Made by a program: the position numbers and the translations under genes
Notes under the pieces: generated by a model
Seen by the model: the letters and a program-made list of their open reading frames with translations, nothing else
Told to the model about the DNA's origin: nothing
Database searches by the model: none
In this document: piece after piece, positions 26,301-38,559 of the stretch
Numbering within the stretch: the stretch's first letter is position 1
Layout of the letters: every line of letters starts with the position of its first letter
Source: Octopus sinensis
Lineage: Eukaryota
Length of the DNA stretch: 64,000 nucleotides
Reading direction: 5' to 3'
Assembly (NCBI RefSeq): GCF_006345805.1
Contig: NC_043017.1
Span: 5,766,001-5,830,000 of the forward strand

Positions 26301-26428
26301 CCCCCACCACACACACACACTCACGCACACATACACACACATACACAAATTTGCAAACATATATAGATTTGTCTTCCATTACCAAATTCTTGTATATTTA
26401 GACATTATCTATCTATCTATCCATCTAC

Positions 26429-26468
<40 letters not shown>

Positions 26469-26485
26469 ATATATGTATATGTATG

Positions 26486-26521
<36 letters not shown>

Positions 26522-26692
26522 TATATTACCTATCTATCTATCTCTATACATATGTATGTGTGTGTGTGTGTGAAGTTTATTTAAATATTCAGAAATATAT
26601 GTATTCTAATGGGAATATCATGTACACACACACACACATACACACACACACACACACACATACATACATACATACATACATACATACATACA

Positions 26693-26723
<31 letters not shown>

Positions 26724-26837
26724 GTAAATATATGTCTGTGCCTGTGTGTGTACATGCAAGTGTGTTCATTTAAATTCTTGTGTGGTAGCGTGATGATCTT
26801 AACAGGCATACGACAATCAATGAGAACACAATGAAAA

Positions 26838-26890
<53 letters not shown>

Positions 26891-27904
26891 ATATATAGAC
26901 TTTATACACCATATGTTGATATATAGTCAACTAAATACACATTGCTCAGCTTCATACATAACTTACATACACATAGATAAGTGTGTATATTTGTGAGTCT
27001 GTGTGTGCTTATATAGTCACACACATACACACACACACACAGAGTCTTACAGACACAAATGCACACTCATAAACACATACACACATGCTCACACACGTAT
27101 ATATTTATTCTGTTATTTCCTTTGACGCTCTTATTTCTTTAATTTAATTTCCTTCTCAATGTTGTGTTTTCCATATTCTATATTCTACGTCTGCATTGAG
27201 AATTTGTCTCTGAAAACTTGTCTCCAAGACTTCTTATCGTGTCGAGGAGAAAATATTTGCAGTGTTGCTAAGGTGCTCTGTAAACAATACTGTGTATGTA
27301 TGTATGTGTGCATGTGTGTTTAGATGGGGTTATAGATTTCACTTGATAACTGACGCGACTGTCTACGAATGTTATTTGCAATACAAAAATTATATAGCCT
27401 CATATAAACACACATACTTGCATACACACAGTCACATGCGTACATACATAATACCTGCATATATGCATACACACGTACGCACGTACACAGATGCATACAT
27501 AAATGCATGCGTATATATATATACACGCATTGATATATATGTTCAGACATTTTTTATAGCTTGTACAACTAGAAACAAGTAGATACACATGTATTATAAC
27601 TTCAAAACCTCACGTGACGTTGAGATTTGGTCTGGCTAATTGAAATTGTCTTTTAAACTAATTGAAGATTTTTGCTTATTTCGTTAAGGGTCATGTGCTT
27701 TTGAATTGTAAATCTTTAGGTGACCATCATCTCTTCTTGTATATCAGAGATTCGGCTGTCTAGTGTTTTCAGCCTTCTTTATGACTGTAGTAATTAATGA
27801 GTAAATGGAGATTTGGTTGCTGTTTCTGACAGTTAATTCGACCTATCAGAATCTCGCTTCTGTCTTTGCCAGTATGTGTTCGCACAAATCGCTGTGTGTG
27901 GGGC

Positions 27905-27997
27905 GTATAGGTATTACTGGTATTACTGTATTACTGTATATTATTACTGTATATATATATTACTGTATTACTGTATTACTGTATATACTGGTATTAC
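27905..27997. repeat. (TATTACTG)n minisatellite
   Basis: About 9 units; the motif resumes at 28214-28222 beyond the inserted element. Confidence 0.85.
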
Positions 27998-28205
27998 TGT
28001 AAAGTTAATCCAAATATGAAAACACAAAGAGAAAACACAACAACGCGAGGACGTGGAACAAGTATAGTACTGTTGTACGCTCAGGAAAGAAGGAAAGAAG
28101 GAGGGTTTAACATTTCGAGCGGAGCTCGTCGTCAGAAACATAGGAAAAGGAAAGATCCAAAGAAGGGAAGACGGAGGAAAAAAATTGCCAACGATACACA
28201 CGCGG
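27998..28205 (-). mobile_element. Short hammerhead-bearing element, family P1a
   Basis: Reverse complement aligns with 13995-14188. Confidence 0.75.
28105..28139 (-). ncRNA. Minimal type I hammerhead ribozyme motif
   Basis: Minus strand: gttt CTGACGA c GAGC-tcc-GCTC GAAA t GTT aaac. Canonical core; C15.2 changed to T. Confidence 0.7.
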
Positions 28206-28590
28206 TCACATTTTATTACTGTATATGAGTTGAAGAAAATTTGACTACTACTTTTACCAAGTCCAGCTACAATGTAAGGATTCGGTTGTTGGCTCATTCA
28301 TACATGCACACAAGTATATACCCATGAAACAGTAATGTGTGGTTTGCATGAAAGTTGGCTGCTATTCAGATTAAAGAACTCAAGAATCTGTTTAAACAAA
28401 TAGTATGAATAAGATCTTCATTAGATGACCCTGCGCCGATAAATTAATTCTATCTCATTAGTGGTGATGACGATGGCGGATATTAAATAATAGAAAAAAA
28501 GGCAGTGGAGCAATGGAAGAGTGAAAGAGAGAACAAGCTTAAGAGAAGTGAAAGAAAGAAAGAAAGCAAAGATTGTGGATCAAACGATAC

Positions 28591-28815
28591 GAGCTGGCAG
28601 AAACGTTAGCACGCCGGGCGACATGTTTAGTGGTATTTCGTCTGCCGTTACGTTCTGAGTTCAAATTCCGCCGAGGTCGACTTTGCCTTTCATCCTTTCG
28701 GGGTCGATAAATTATGTACCAATTACGTACTGGGGTCGATATAATCGACTTAATCCGTCTGTCTGTCGTTGTTTGTCTCTTCTGTGTTTAGCCCCTTGTG
28801 GGTAGTAAAGAAATA
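28591..28815 (+). mobile_element. SINE family A
   Basis: Near full-length match to the reverse complement of 3053-3287. Confidence 0.92.
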
Positions 28816-29255
28816 GATATATAGAAATTGAGATTGGGATGAATGAGATTTAAAAAAAAAAAAGAAGAGAGAACAAGCAATGAGTTGATATTGAATGAAT
28901 AAATGAGTAAAAAGGAAGAAAACTTAACGAAAGAAATGAAGTAAAAAGGAATAATAAAAAAGAATAGAAAAATAAGGTAAAAAAATGCAAGAAGGAAAGG
29001 TAAATATAGAAAATGAGAGAGTGTTTTCTTGTAGGATAAGTAATGGAACACCTTTCTGTCTATTTTCTTTTTGTTGTATTATGGGAATACTCCTGCTAGA
29101 GTATCATGAGTACCTTGTTTACCAAGTCAGAATATACATATAGTGTCTATACAAAATATTGTGTTGTTGTTGAACTCTAGGTCAGTTACAATAAAGTGTC
29201 TTTGGCGGCGTAACTATTCTGTCCTTTATTCAGACACTGTGTATCTAGGACTACA

Positions 29256-29643
29256 GTGGAGGCGCAATGGCCCAGTGGTTAGGGCAGCGGACTCGCGGTC
29301 ATAGGATCGCGGTTTCGATTCCCAGACCGAGCGTTGTGAGTGTTTATTGAGCGAAAACACCTAAAAGCTCCACGAGGCTCCGGCAGGGGATGGTGGTGAT
29401 CCCTTCTGTACTCTTTCACCACAACTTTCTCTCACTCTTACTTCCTGTTTCTGTTGTACCTGTATTTCAAAGGGCCGGCCTTGTCACTCTCTGTGTCACG
29501 CTGAATATCCCCGAGAACTACGTTAAGGGTGCACGTGTCTGTGGAGTGCTCAGCCACTTACACGTTAATTTCACGAGCAGGCTGTTCCGTTGATTCGGAT
29601 CAACCGGAACCCTCATCGTCGTAACCGACGGAGTGCTTCCATT
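29256..29643 (+). mobile_element. tRNA-derived SINE, core X with tail T1
   Basis: A-box tggcccagtgg, B-box ggtttcgattcc. 14-bp TSD tatctaggactaca at 29242-29255 and 29644-29657. Confidence 0.93.
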
Positions 29644-30162
29644 TATCTAGGACTACATCATCTAATGTGTTCTTCCTTCTTTATGACAGCGGGTTACGAC
29701 TGGAGAGAAATTTGGTTGCTATTTCAAGCAGATCAAGAGACTGCGCAGAGGCTTCCTCATTAGCTCGTACTGTGTTACGTGGAGATTCCCTGTGGAGTGT
29801 TTCACCAAAAGAAAATGTCAATTAGATGAGTATCCAACTGAGTGAAAAACTGATTGTGTGAAAATATCTGGATCAACAAGTTTCAAGTGAATGGCGAGTG
29901 GACGAGATAAGCGTTCCTCTATTCATATGGCGTCTGCTATAACAAAAGAATATCACAAACAAACTGAATGGCAAAATTAATGAAATAGCACAAACGACTA
30001 ATACGTATGGCAAATTAGTAGAATAGTGAATGTAAATAGGTGCATATCGTTCTGCGAGATTATTAAAAATTAGGATAATGTAATAGACAGTATTCAATCG
30101 TAAAGAATATAACATTGCTTTAGCATTTATTAGTTATTAGACAGATAGGTTAGTATCTCTGA

Positions 30163-30723
30163 CAATGGTTCGCAACCATTTGGACTCTTTTGATTCTTAT
30201 TTACCTTGGCGGACCCCCGTAGCCATTTTGAAATTTTAAAAAAATGTTTTCCATTATATTTTTTTATAATTAGATATTATTAGGAATTGTATAAAGAAAT
30301 TGTGAGGGCGCGCGACCTAGTTGGCTAGGGTGTTGGACTCACGATCGCAAGATCGCGGTTTCAATACTTAGACCGGGTGGTGCGTTGTATTCTTGAGCAA
30401 AAAATACTTCATTTCACGTTGCTCTGCGATCACTTTGACACCTGACATCTGGTACACCGCTCACCTGTCCAGGCAACATTGATTTGATAAAGGGAGCAGG
30501 CTAATGTACGGCACATTAGTTCACGTTGGTCACTATAAACAAATCATTTATGTAGGTTGTTCGGCAAAAGCTGGACACTCGCCGGCCATCTTCGACGGGA
30601 GAGTCCATCATAAGAAGAATTGTTAAAACATTTTGTGTATTGAAGAAGTATAACCAATTCATTGCACATAAACTTTAACAACTGGATCTTATATGGACCC
30701 CGAAAACCCGATGAGAACCACTG
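30163..30723. mobile_element. hAT/Charlie-like MITE interrupted by a SINE
   Basis: TIRs caatggttcgcaacc / gatgagaaccactg; internal sequence similar to the other four copies. Confidence 0.75.
30304..30611 (+). mobile_element. tRNA-derived SINE, core Y with tail T4
   Basis: Head gagggcgcgcgacctagttgg; core ttcttgagcaaaa..cttcatttcacgttgctc; approximate TSD aaga(a)attgt. Confidence 0.75.
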
Positions 30724-31655
30724 GTTTTGGACATATTAAAATTTACCATTTAGTCTTACTAATTCGTAGGTTGCTTTTGCTATTTCAACATTCGTACCAC
30801 TCAGAAAGTTATGATTGCTAATTGGCTATTTACGCTATTGTAATGGTCACTGTCAGGACTTCACTCAAATTTGCTATATATCTAACAAATCCAGCCACTA
30901 CGTCTGTCCTTCGCATAAGTTTTGCCGACAATTCGATCTAGCTACCACATGTGTCAGTCAATACAATATGAATGAATAACATAAATCATACCAACAATTT
31001 GATGTAGCAGTCTCATTTATCAGTCTATGAGTCAATAACATAAGTTCTACCGACAATTTGATTTAACAATATCATCTGTCAGTATGTATGAGTCAATATA
31101 AACCGTCAACTTGGCCATCTTTTGATACCATTTATAATTGACTGCCTCGACGTTGAAAGACTGTCTGATTTAATGGAAATGTTGTTTTTAGTAAATAGAC
31201 AATTGTTTTGCAGACAAAACAGTTTTAAGAAAACAATAAAAAAAGTTTAAAGAAGAAACGAAAAACATTCTATATTTTTCTTCTTTTAAAATCTATCATA
31301 ATTTCTTTACTGTCTATTTCAGTTTCCTTTCCATTTTTTTTTTTATTTCATTTCTTTACTTTGTCTTCCTTCCCCATTTTCTTTTTGTCTGGTTTTCATC
31401 TTGAAGCAAGCACATTATAAGATAAAAGTAAACATATATTTGACAGTTCGTGAAGTAACTATACACATATTTTTTTTTTTCATATGACTACTCGTTATTT
31501 TTTTCACTTAGACATTGCTTATACCCGCAAGTAACTTTTAATTAATGTTGAGTACCCTCAATGAATAAGTACCCCCAAAGGATGAATTAAGATGGGTCTT
31601 GTGAGATTCCTGTGTCTAGTTAAAAAGCATTTGTTTTGTATGTCTGTGCGTCTTA

Positions 31656-31687
<32 letters not shown>

Positions 31688-31887
31688 CACACACACACAC
31701 ACATATATATATATGTATGTATGTATATACGTATATATGCACAGACACGCACATACACATACACACACACACACGTATATATAATAATGTATCAATGCTT
31801 GTGTATATATGTGTGCAGACATATATGCATATATCTATCTATTTATCTACCTATCCACCCCCTCTCTCTCTTTCTTATATATAACTA

Positions 31888-31921
<34 letters not shown>

Positions 31922-31939
31922 GCATGTGTATATGTATGT

Positions 31940-32140
31940 AAGTATGTAGTTCAAATTTACAGAAAGCAAAAAACGAAGACAGGTGAAAGAATAACAAGCA
32001 GGTGTATTAGTTTAACGCTCGGGAAGAATGGAAAAGGCTTTGACGTTTCGAGCCTATGCTCTTCGACAGAAATGAGTGAGAAGGAAAAAAAAGGAGATAG
32101 AATCAAAAAAAAAAAAAAGGAAAGAGAACAAAATGTGTGT
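31940..32140 (-). mobile_element. Short hammerhead-bearing element, family P1b
   Basis: Similar to 33945-34110 and 57015-57200; shares the gagcg..taatac motif downstream of the hammerhead with P1a. Confidence 0.65.
32039..32072 (-). ncRNA. Minimal type I hammerhead motif (A6U variant)
   Basis: Minus strand: ttt CTGTCGA a GAGC-atag-GCTC GAAAC GTC aaa. Confidence 0.6.
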
Positions 32141-32493
32141 GTGTGTGAGTAAATGTTTATATACGTGTGTATCTATGTTTCTAATTATGTATGTCAGTAT
32201 GTACAAGAACGTCTGAGCGCATTGGTGCAAAAAGAGATGGAGAAAATATTACTCGAAATGCAGTGTAGACAATACAGATGTTTATTGAAGTTGAAAATTT
32301 TCACAAAACTCTTGTTTCGAATAATCGATGCCGTAAAAGTCAGAGTAACAGTTTTGTGAAGTGTTTCACCTTCAATAAATCGCTATTTTATACTCCACAT
32401 TTCGAGTGTTTTTTTTCTCCAGCTTGTTTTGCACCAATGTGCTCACACATACATACATACATACATACATACATACATACATACATACATACA

Positions 32494-32524
<31 letters not shown>

Positions 32525-33944
32525 TCATGCATGCATACATACATACATACATAAATACATACACGTACGTACATTCATTCATTCATACAAACATTCATAC
32601 GTACATACTCGTACATACATTCATTCATACATACATACATATATACATGTGTGCGTGTATGTGTGTGTGTATAGATTTAATAAGTTAAAATAAGCAAAAA
32701 TGTGTCTTGAGGCTTGTTATTAATTGTAGAAATTACAAGTTTGCGACGAAGGCTGTGATTTCTTCTTCATCTCCTCCTCCACCTACCCCCTCCTCCTCCT
32801 TCTTCTCTTTCTTTCTTTCTATCTTTCTTTATTTCTTTCTATCTATCTCTCTTTCTTCCTTTCTTTCTTTCTTTCTTTCATTCAAGTTTGCGACGAAGGC
32901 TCTTTCTTTCTTTCTCTGATCAATCTTCCACAATCTCAATTCTTCTCCATCTCTTTCCTTGCACATTTTCGCCTGTAAGCGACAACAATTATGATTGAAA
33001 GTAAAAAAAAATTATTGGACCGAATCATAAAAATACAATAAAAATATGTTTTTTATATATGTATATTATTTTCCTAATATAAATTACATACGCACATACA
33101 TAAACATGAACAAGTGTGTGTATGTGTGTGTGTGTGTGCATATGAGTGTGTATACACATATTTCAATTTATATATATTTGTATAGCTATACAGACATATT
33201 TATATAACTATAAATGTAAATATAATATGTGTATGTGTGTGTAACTATATGCATATGTATATATGTGTATGGACTACAAAACGTGAAATATATAATAATG
33301 ATAATATTAATAATAATAATAATTATTATTATTATTGTTATTATTATTGTTGTTGTTGCTGTTGTTGTAGATGTTATTATAAAAGAAAAATATAACAAAA
33401 CAAGAAAGCTTGTAATTATTAGTGTAAGAGAAACCGAAGCAAAAGCAATCATAAAGATAAAAATATTACCATCGATGAAGTTGGGAAAAAAATATGTCTG
33501 AAGTCAACATATAGACGTCTTTGTATGTATGTATACATACTTACAAACACATATGTGTGTGTGCGCGTGCGTGCGTGTGTGTATATCTATGTGTGTGTGT
33601 GTGTGCAATGTGTGCGCATGTTCGTGTGTATGTACACGATACATACAGACACACACACGCACCAATGCATGTATATAATTATATTTAAGAGAACTTATAT
33701 ATATATATGCATGTATATATATATATATATATATACGAGTGTGTATATGTTTACATATATATATATGTGTTATAAATATGTATGTATATATACATGTATT
33801 TATACATGTGTACATGTATGTAGGTATATATGTATGTATATATATATATATATCTGTACATACGTGTTGATATATATGTATATATATATATATATATATG
33901 TCTGTATATACTTTGTATGTGTTCGCGCGCGCCTGTTTGTGCAT

Positions 33945-34110
33945 GTATACACAAAAAAAGAAAGACGAGTTGAAAGAAAAGTTAACAGGATGTAGTTAGT
34001 AGTTTAACGCTTAAGAATAATGGAAGAAATCTTTAACGTTTCGAACTTACGCTCTTTTGCAGTAAGAATAGATGAGGAGAGTAAAAACAAACGTGTTTGA
34101 ATTATACGGT
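33945..34110 (-). mobile_element. Family P1b element with decayed hammerhead (34031-34065)
   Basis: Minus strand: CTGCAAA a GAGC-gtaa-GTTC GAAAC GTT aaag; flanks align with 31940-32140. Confidence 0.55.
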
Positions 34111-34223
34111 CAAGGCATACTGAAGTATGTATGTACATACTGAAGTATGTATGTATGCATACTGAAGTAGTTTGAAGCTAACAGACGCACGCACACACAT
34201 ACACACATATATTGTAAGGAAAA

Positions 34224-34370
34224 CGTGACTGTGTGGTAAGAAGCTTGCTTCCTAACCACATGGTTCCGAGTTCAATTCGGCTGAGTGGCACTCTGGGCAA
34301 GAGTCTTCTACTATAGTCTCGGGCCAACCAAAGCCTTGTGAGTGGATTTCGTAGATGGAAACTGGAAGCT
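34224..34370 (+). mobile_element. SINE family B, 5' half
   Basis: Head and core match. Confidence 0.8.
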
Positions 34371-34618
34371 CGTGTCTATATACACACATGTATGTATAAA
34401 TATATATAAAAATATATGTATGTATATATTATATATATAGTATATATATATATAGATATATATATATATAATATGTATATCCACTTTCTTTTTTTCCTTT
34501 CCTGAGCGTCAAATAACACTACTTATTCCAAGTCTCACGTTGTGTTTTTTCTTGCTTGTTCATGTTGGATTAACTATATAGATATATATATATATAATAT
34601 ATATTATATATACTATAT

Positions 34619-34692
<74 letters not shown>

Positions 34693-34695
34693 TAT

Positions 34696-35010
34696 ATAGG
34701 GACGAACACAGAAACAGACGGGTCTTTCGAAGCCTTTAATCTTCAGTCAGAAACCGGATCATCATAGCAAATTTCGGCTGATTAATTCTGATATTTTCTC
34801 CAACGCGGCCAGCCCCAAGGAAAACTAAGCGTGAGCATTAGATTTCTTGAAAAGGAACGAATGTAAACGCAACAAGGACAGAAAAAACGGCGAAGCCACA
34901 CGAATATAAATACAAACAACGAAAACAAAAATAAAAATAAAAACAAGAATGGTAATAACAGGATAACAGCAGGTGTCTTACGACTTTAGACAAATTGAGA
35001 CAAATTTAAC
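34696..35010 (-). mobile_element. (TA)n-anchored repeat, family P2 (probable Penelope-like remnant)
   Basis: Aligns with 37150-37445, 57250-57680 and 58405-58488; all abut TA tracts. Confidence 0.6.
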
Positions 35011-35421
35011 TTATCTAGCAGGCGTGATTGGAAAAAATTGCCTTTTCGGCAGAGGGGGAACGATGTTGAGCGGGCTCCGGTCACCAACGAAATGGCTCGT
35101 TAAGCAGCAGGTCACAAGAGGGTAGAGGGAGAGAAAGAGAGAGAAGGAATTAAAGAGGGTGGAAGACAGAGGGCGCCAAGGATTGACCAGGTCACGTGAG
35201 AGTAAGAGAGAGAGAGAGAGAGAGAGAAAGAAGGAATTAAAGAGGATGGATGGAAGAGGGGGAAGAGACAGAGCGCGCCAAAATAGCTTAGCAACAGAAG
35301 CAATGGCGCATAGCGAAGGCGAGAAAGAGAAAGACAGAAAGTGAGGTATAGAGAAAGTTTTCAGAAGTCGTACAAATGGATAAAATGTAAACATACATAA
35401 AGGAACGATGTGTATGTACAT

Positions 35422-35474
<53 letters not shown>

Positions 35475-35487
35475 GCATGTGTGCTTT

Positions 35488-35690
35488 GTATCTGTGTTTG
35501 TCCCCTACACACACACACACTGCTTTATACGTACATCACCGTAGTCTAGCGATTCGACAGAAGCGACCGATAGAATAAGGATCAGGCTTAAGAAAAAAAT
35601 AAGTCCTGAGGTCGATATATTCGAGTAACATTTCTTAATGGTAGTGCCCCAGCATGGCCGCAGTCTAATGACTGAAAACAGTAAAAACAA
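35488..35690 (+). mobile_element. SINE family B, 3' half
   Basis: tgtgtttgtcccc...gaccgatagaataag...cccagcatggccgcagtc...gactgaaa. Confidence 0.8.
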
Positions 35691-35770
35691 AACGATATAG
35701 ATACACACCCATATACAGATATACGCTCGCACACACGTTCATGCATATTACATACATACATACATACATA

Positions 35771-36145
35771 CTCTTTTACTTGTTTCAGTCATTTGACTGC
35801 GGCCATGCTGGAGCACCGCCTTTAGTCGAGCAAATCGACCCCGGGACTTATTCTTTGTAAGCCCAGTACTTATTCTATCGGTCTCTTTTGCCGAACCGCT
35901 AAGTGACGGGGACGTAAACACACCAGCATCGGTTGTCAAGCAATGCTAGGGGGACAAACACAGACACACAAACATATATACACACACATACATACATACA
36001 CACATATATATACATATATACGACAGGCTTCTTTCAGTTTCCGTCTACCAAATCCACTCACAAGGCATTGGTCGGCCCGGGGCTATAGTAGAAGACACTT
36101 GCCCAAGATGCCACGCAGTGGGACTGAACCCGGAACCATGTGGTT
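35771..36145 (-). mobile_element. SINE family B, young near-full copy
   Basis: Highly similar to 36471-36870 in inverted orientation. Confidence 0.93.
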
Positions 36146-36438
36146 CCGGGTTATATTTGTGCGTGTGTGTATGAATGAGAGTGCAGATGTGGTTGTGTCA
36201 CACTCCTTGAATTATGATGATCTGCTTACATCCTCCTAACTTGACGGTTTGGCAACAAAGAAACTGATAAACGGGTACCAGAATGGACAATTAAGTGCTG
36301 GCAACAATTTAAGGTGGTGCCCTAGTATGGCCGCAGTTTGATGACTGAAACATAAAAAAGAGTAGAAATATATAGAATTACACACACACATACACACACA
36401 CATGCACGCACGCACGCACACTGACACACACACACATA

Positions 36439-36470
<32 letters not shown>

Positions 36471-36472
<2 letters not shown>

Positions 36473-36870
36473 CACAGGAGTGGCTGTGTGGTAAGTAGCT
36501 TGTTTACCAACCACATGGTTCCGGGTTCAGTCCCACTGCGTGGCACCTTGGGCAAGTGTCTTCTACTATAGCCTCGGGCCGACCAAAGCCTTGTGAGTGG
36601 ATTTGGTAGACGGAAACTGAAAGAAGCCTGTCGTATATATATATATATATATGTGTGTGTATATATGTTTGTGTGTCTGTGTTTGTCCCCCTAGCATTGC
36701 TTGACAACCGATGCTGGTGTGTTTATGTCCCCGTTACTTTGCGGTTCGGCAAAAGAGACCGATAGAATAAGTACTGGGCTTACAAAAGAATAAGTCCCGG
36801 GGTCGAGTTGCTCGATTAAAGGCGGTTGTCCAGCATGGCCGCAGTCAAATGACTGAAACAAGTAAAAGAA
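36471..36870 (+). mobile_element. SINE family B, full length
   Basis: ggcacaggagtggctgtgtggtaag head, ggttcagtccc B-box-like, complete tail. Confidence 0.95.
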
Positions 36871-36948
36871 TATGTATATATATATACCGGATTAAACATA
36901 AATGTGAAACAAGGTGGAAAAAAGAGTACTCAAATACCAGAGGTAGAG

Positions 36949-37103
36949 TAATATGCTTTATTTAAAGTAGCAGAAAATTCAACAAAATTCAGAAAATTCA
37001 ACAAAACCTGTTTTGATTCTAGCAAAAACTGTCCGATGAACGGCAACGGGATCTCAGAGTAACAGGTTTTGTTGAATTTTCTGCTGCTTTAAATAAAGTA
37101 TTA
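36949..37103. repeat. Long inverted repeat (about 43-bp arms) next to a (TA)n tract
   Basis: taatatgctttatttaaagtagcagaaaattcaacaaaa..cctgtt pairs with aacaggttttgttgaattttctgctgctttaaataaagtatta. The left arm has a 19-bp internal duplication. Confidence 0.85.
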
Positions 37104-37105
37104 TA

Positions 37106-37149
<44 letters not shown>

Positions 37150-37152
<3 letters not shown>

Positions 37153-37445
37153 AAAGTTAAAAAAATATACAAACTGGGACAAGAACGTGAAACATTTAGA
37201 AGACGACACAAAAAAAACACGGACGGGACTTTCGAAGCCCTCAGTCATCAGTCAAGAACTGGATCATCTTCGCAGTTTCGGCTGATTAATCTTGAGATTG
37301 CTCCGATCTGGGCAGCCCCAAAGGAAATCTAAGCCAAGCGCATTAGATTCCTTGGAAGAAAGCCTCGAAAGTATACAACACAGGGACGGAAAACGGACGA
37401 TGTTACATGAATAAAAATACAAAAATACGTAAAAACAATAATGAT
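37150..37445 (-). mobile_element. (TA)n-anchored repeat, family P2
   Basis: Aligns with the other P2 copies. Confidence 0.6.
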
Positions 37446-37475
37446 AGCACGATACAATAATGATACAATAATGAT

Positions 37476-37513
<38 letters not shown>

Positions 37514-37567
37514 GTGAATTGAAGAAATGGAGTTGAACGAAGATTGAACAGAAATCGTTTTATTGCA

Positions 37568-37647
37568 TTCTACACGTGTTTCGAAAGGCACAATTTACCA
37601 AATTCCGATTGAATAAGGAGACCATATTGTGTCTTTCTCTTCAGGAA
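37568..37647 (-). ncRNA. Type I hammerhead ribozyme motif with canonical core
   Basis: Minus strand: ttc CTGAAGA gaaagacacaat(loop)attgtgcctttc GAAA cacgtg TA gaa. Helix II 11/12 bp, ACACGTGT palindrome, GUA triplet, AATAAA a few nt downstream. Confidence 0.75.
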
Positions 37648-38223
37648 GAAATAGGAATTCCGTTGGAAAAAACAAAAACAGAACAAGGCGGAGCAAAACA
37701 AATCGAACGCGGCTCCTAAGAGCCCATGGCCAAACTGTTTATCAATGTATGTTGAAAACTGGTGGTGGGTGCGTTGAAGGTTTTAACGGGTCAGGCAGCG
37801 GTCATTCCGGTGGGTGGGAGCATGGGGAGCTTAGATGTTCTTTGTGACCGAGACTAAAGTTCTGACTATTTAAAGAATATTAGGTGTATTATATGGGGCG
37901 AGACAAAATCTACTTAGAAACATGTGTGTGTGTGTGCTGTTCTATGTGTTCGTATGTGCGCTTGATTCTGTCGTGATTTTTGCTACCAAGGTATCGGTTA
38001 AACTTTTGATTAATCTGCAACAAGATTATTCATCTTTCTATTTCACAAAATATATATATATATATATATATTATATGAGCGTGTCTCTGAGAGAGTATGC
38101 GTGTGTATATATATGTACGGAATGACACGCACACACATAGACAAAGAACGACAAATGTGATATATATCTGTGTTAACCTAGTTTTTGTGTGTGAGTGTGT
38201 GTGTGTGTGCGTCTGTCTGTTTG

Positions 38224-38254
<31 letters not shown>

Positions 38255-38347
38255 GTGTATGCCTGTATGCATACATATTTCTGATATTTCTACATAAAAA
38301 TATTTACATATAGCATACACACACACTCACACACACACACATATACT

Positions 38348-38396
<49 letters not shown>

Positions 38397-38559
38397 CGGA
38401 CACAGATATTTACTCGCGTATAAGTAACACGTACACAATTTAACACAGATACACACATGTACATATACACATTCGTACCCCATATATGAGTGAATGAGTG
38501 ACCTCGTCTCTAAATGTCTAGACATGTTTTTTTTTTTCTTTCATAAACATTTTTTATTT

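Noticed and set aside
26050-26401. Overlapping ORFs on both strands that look like a host exon
   Set aside because: The minus frame continues into ITSHF, CRL and RLE motifs, so it is part of the retrotransposon fragment at 25540-26300.
27189-27277. Possible 89-nt minus-strand exon STLATLQIFSPRHDKKSWRQVFRDKFSMQ
   Set aside because: Short pyrimidine tract, weak donor (GTAGAA), no recognisable protein similarity and no partner exons. Only RNA-seq could rescue it.
37645-37719. Apparent terminal exon EEIGIPLEKTKTEQGGAKQIERGS after a good acceptor
   Set aside because: The acceptor-like tract is the reverse complement of the hammerhead core and helix II of a repeat element.
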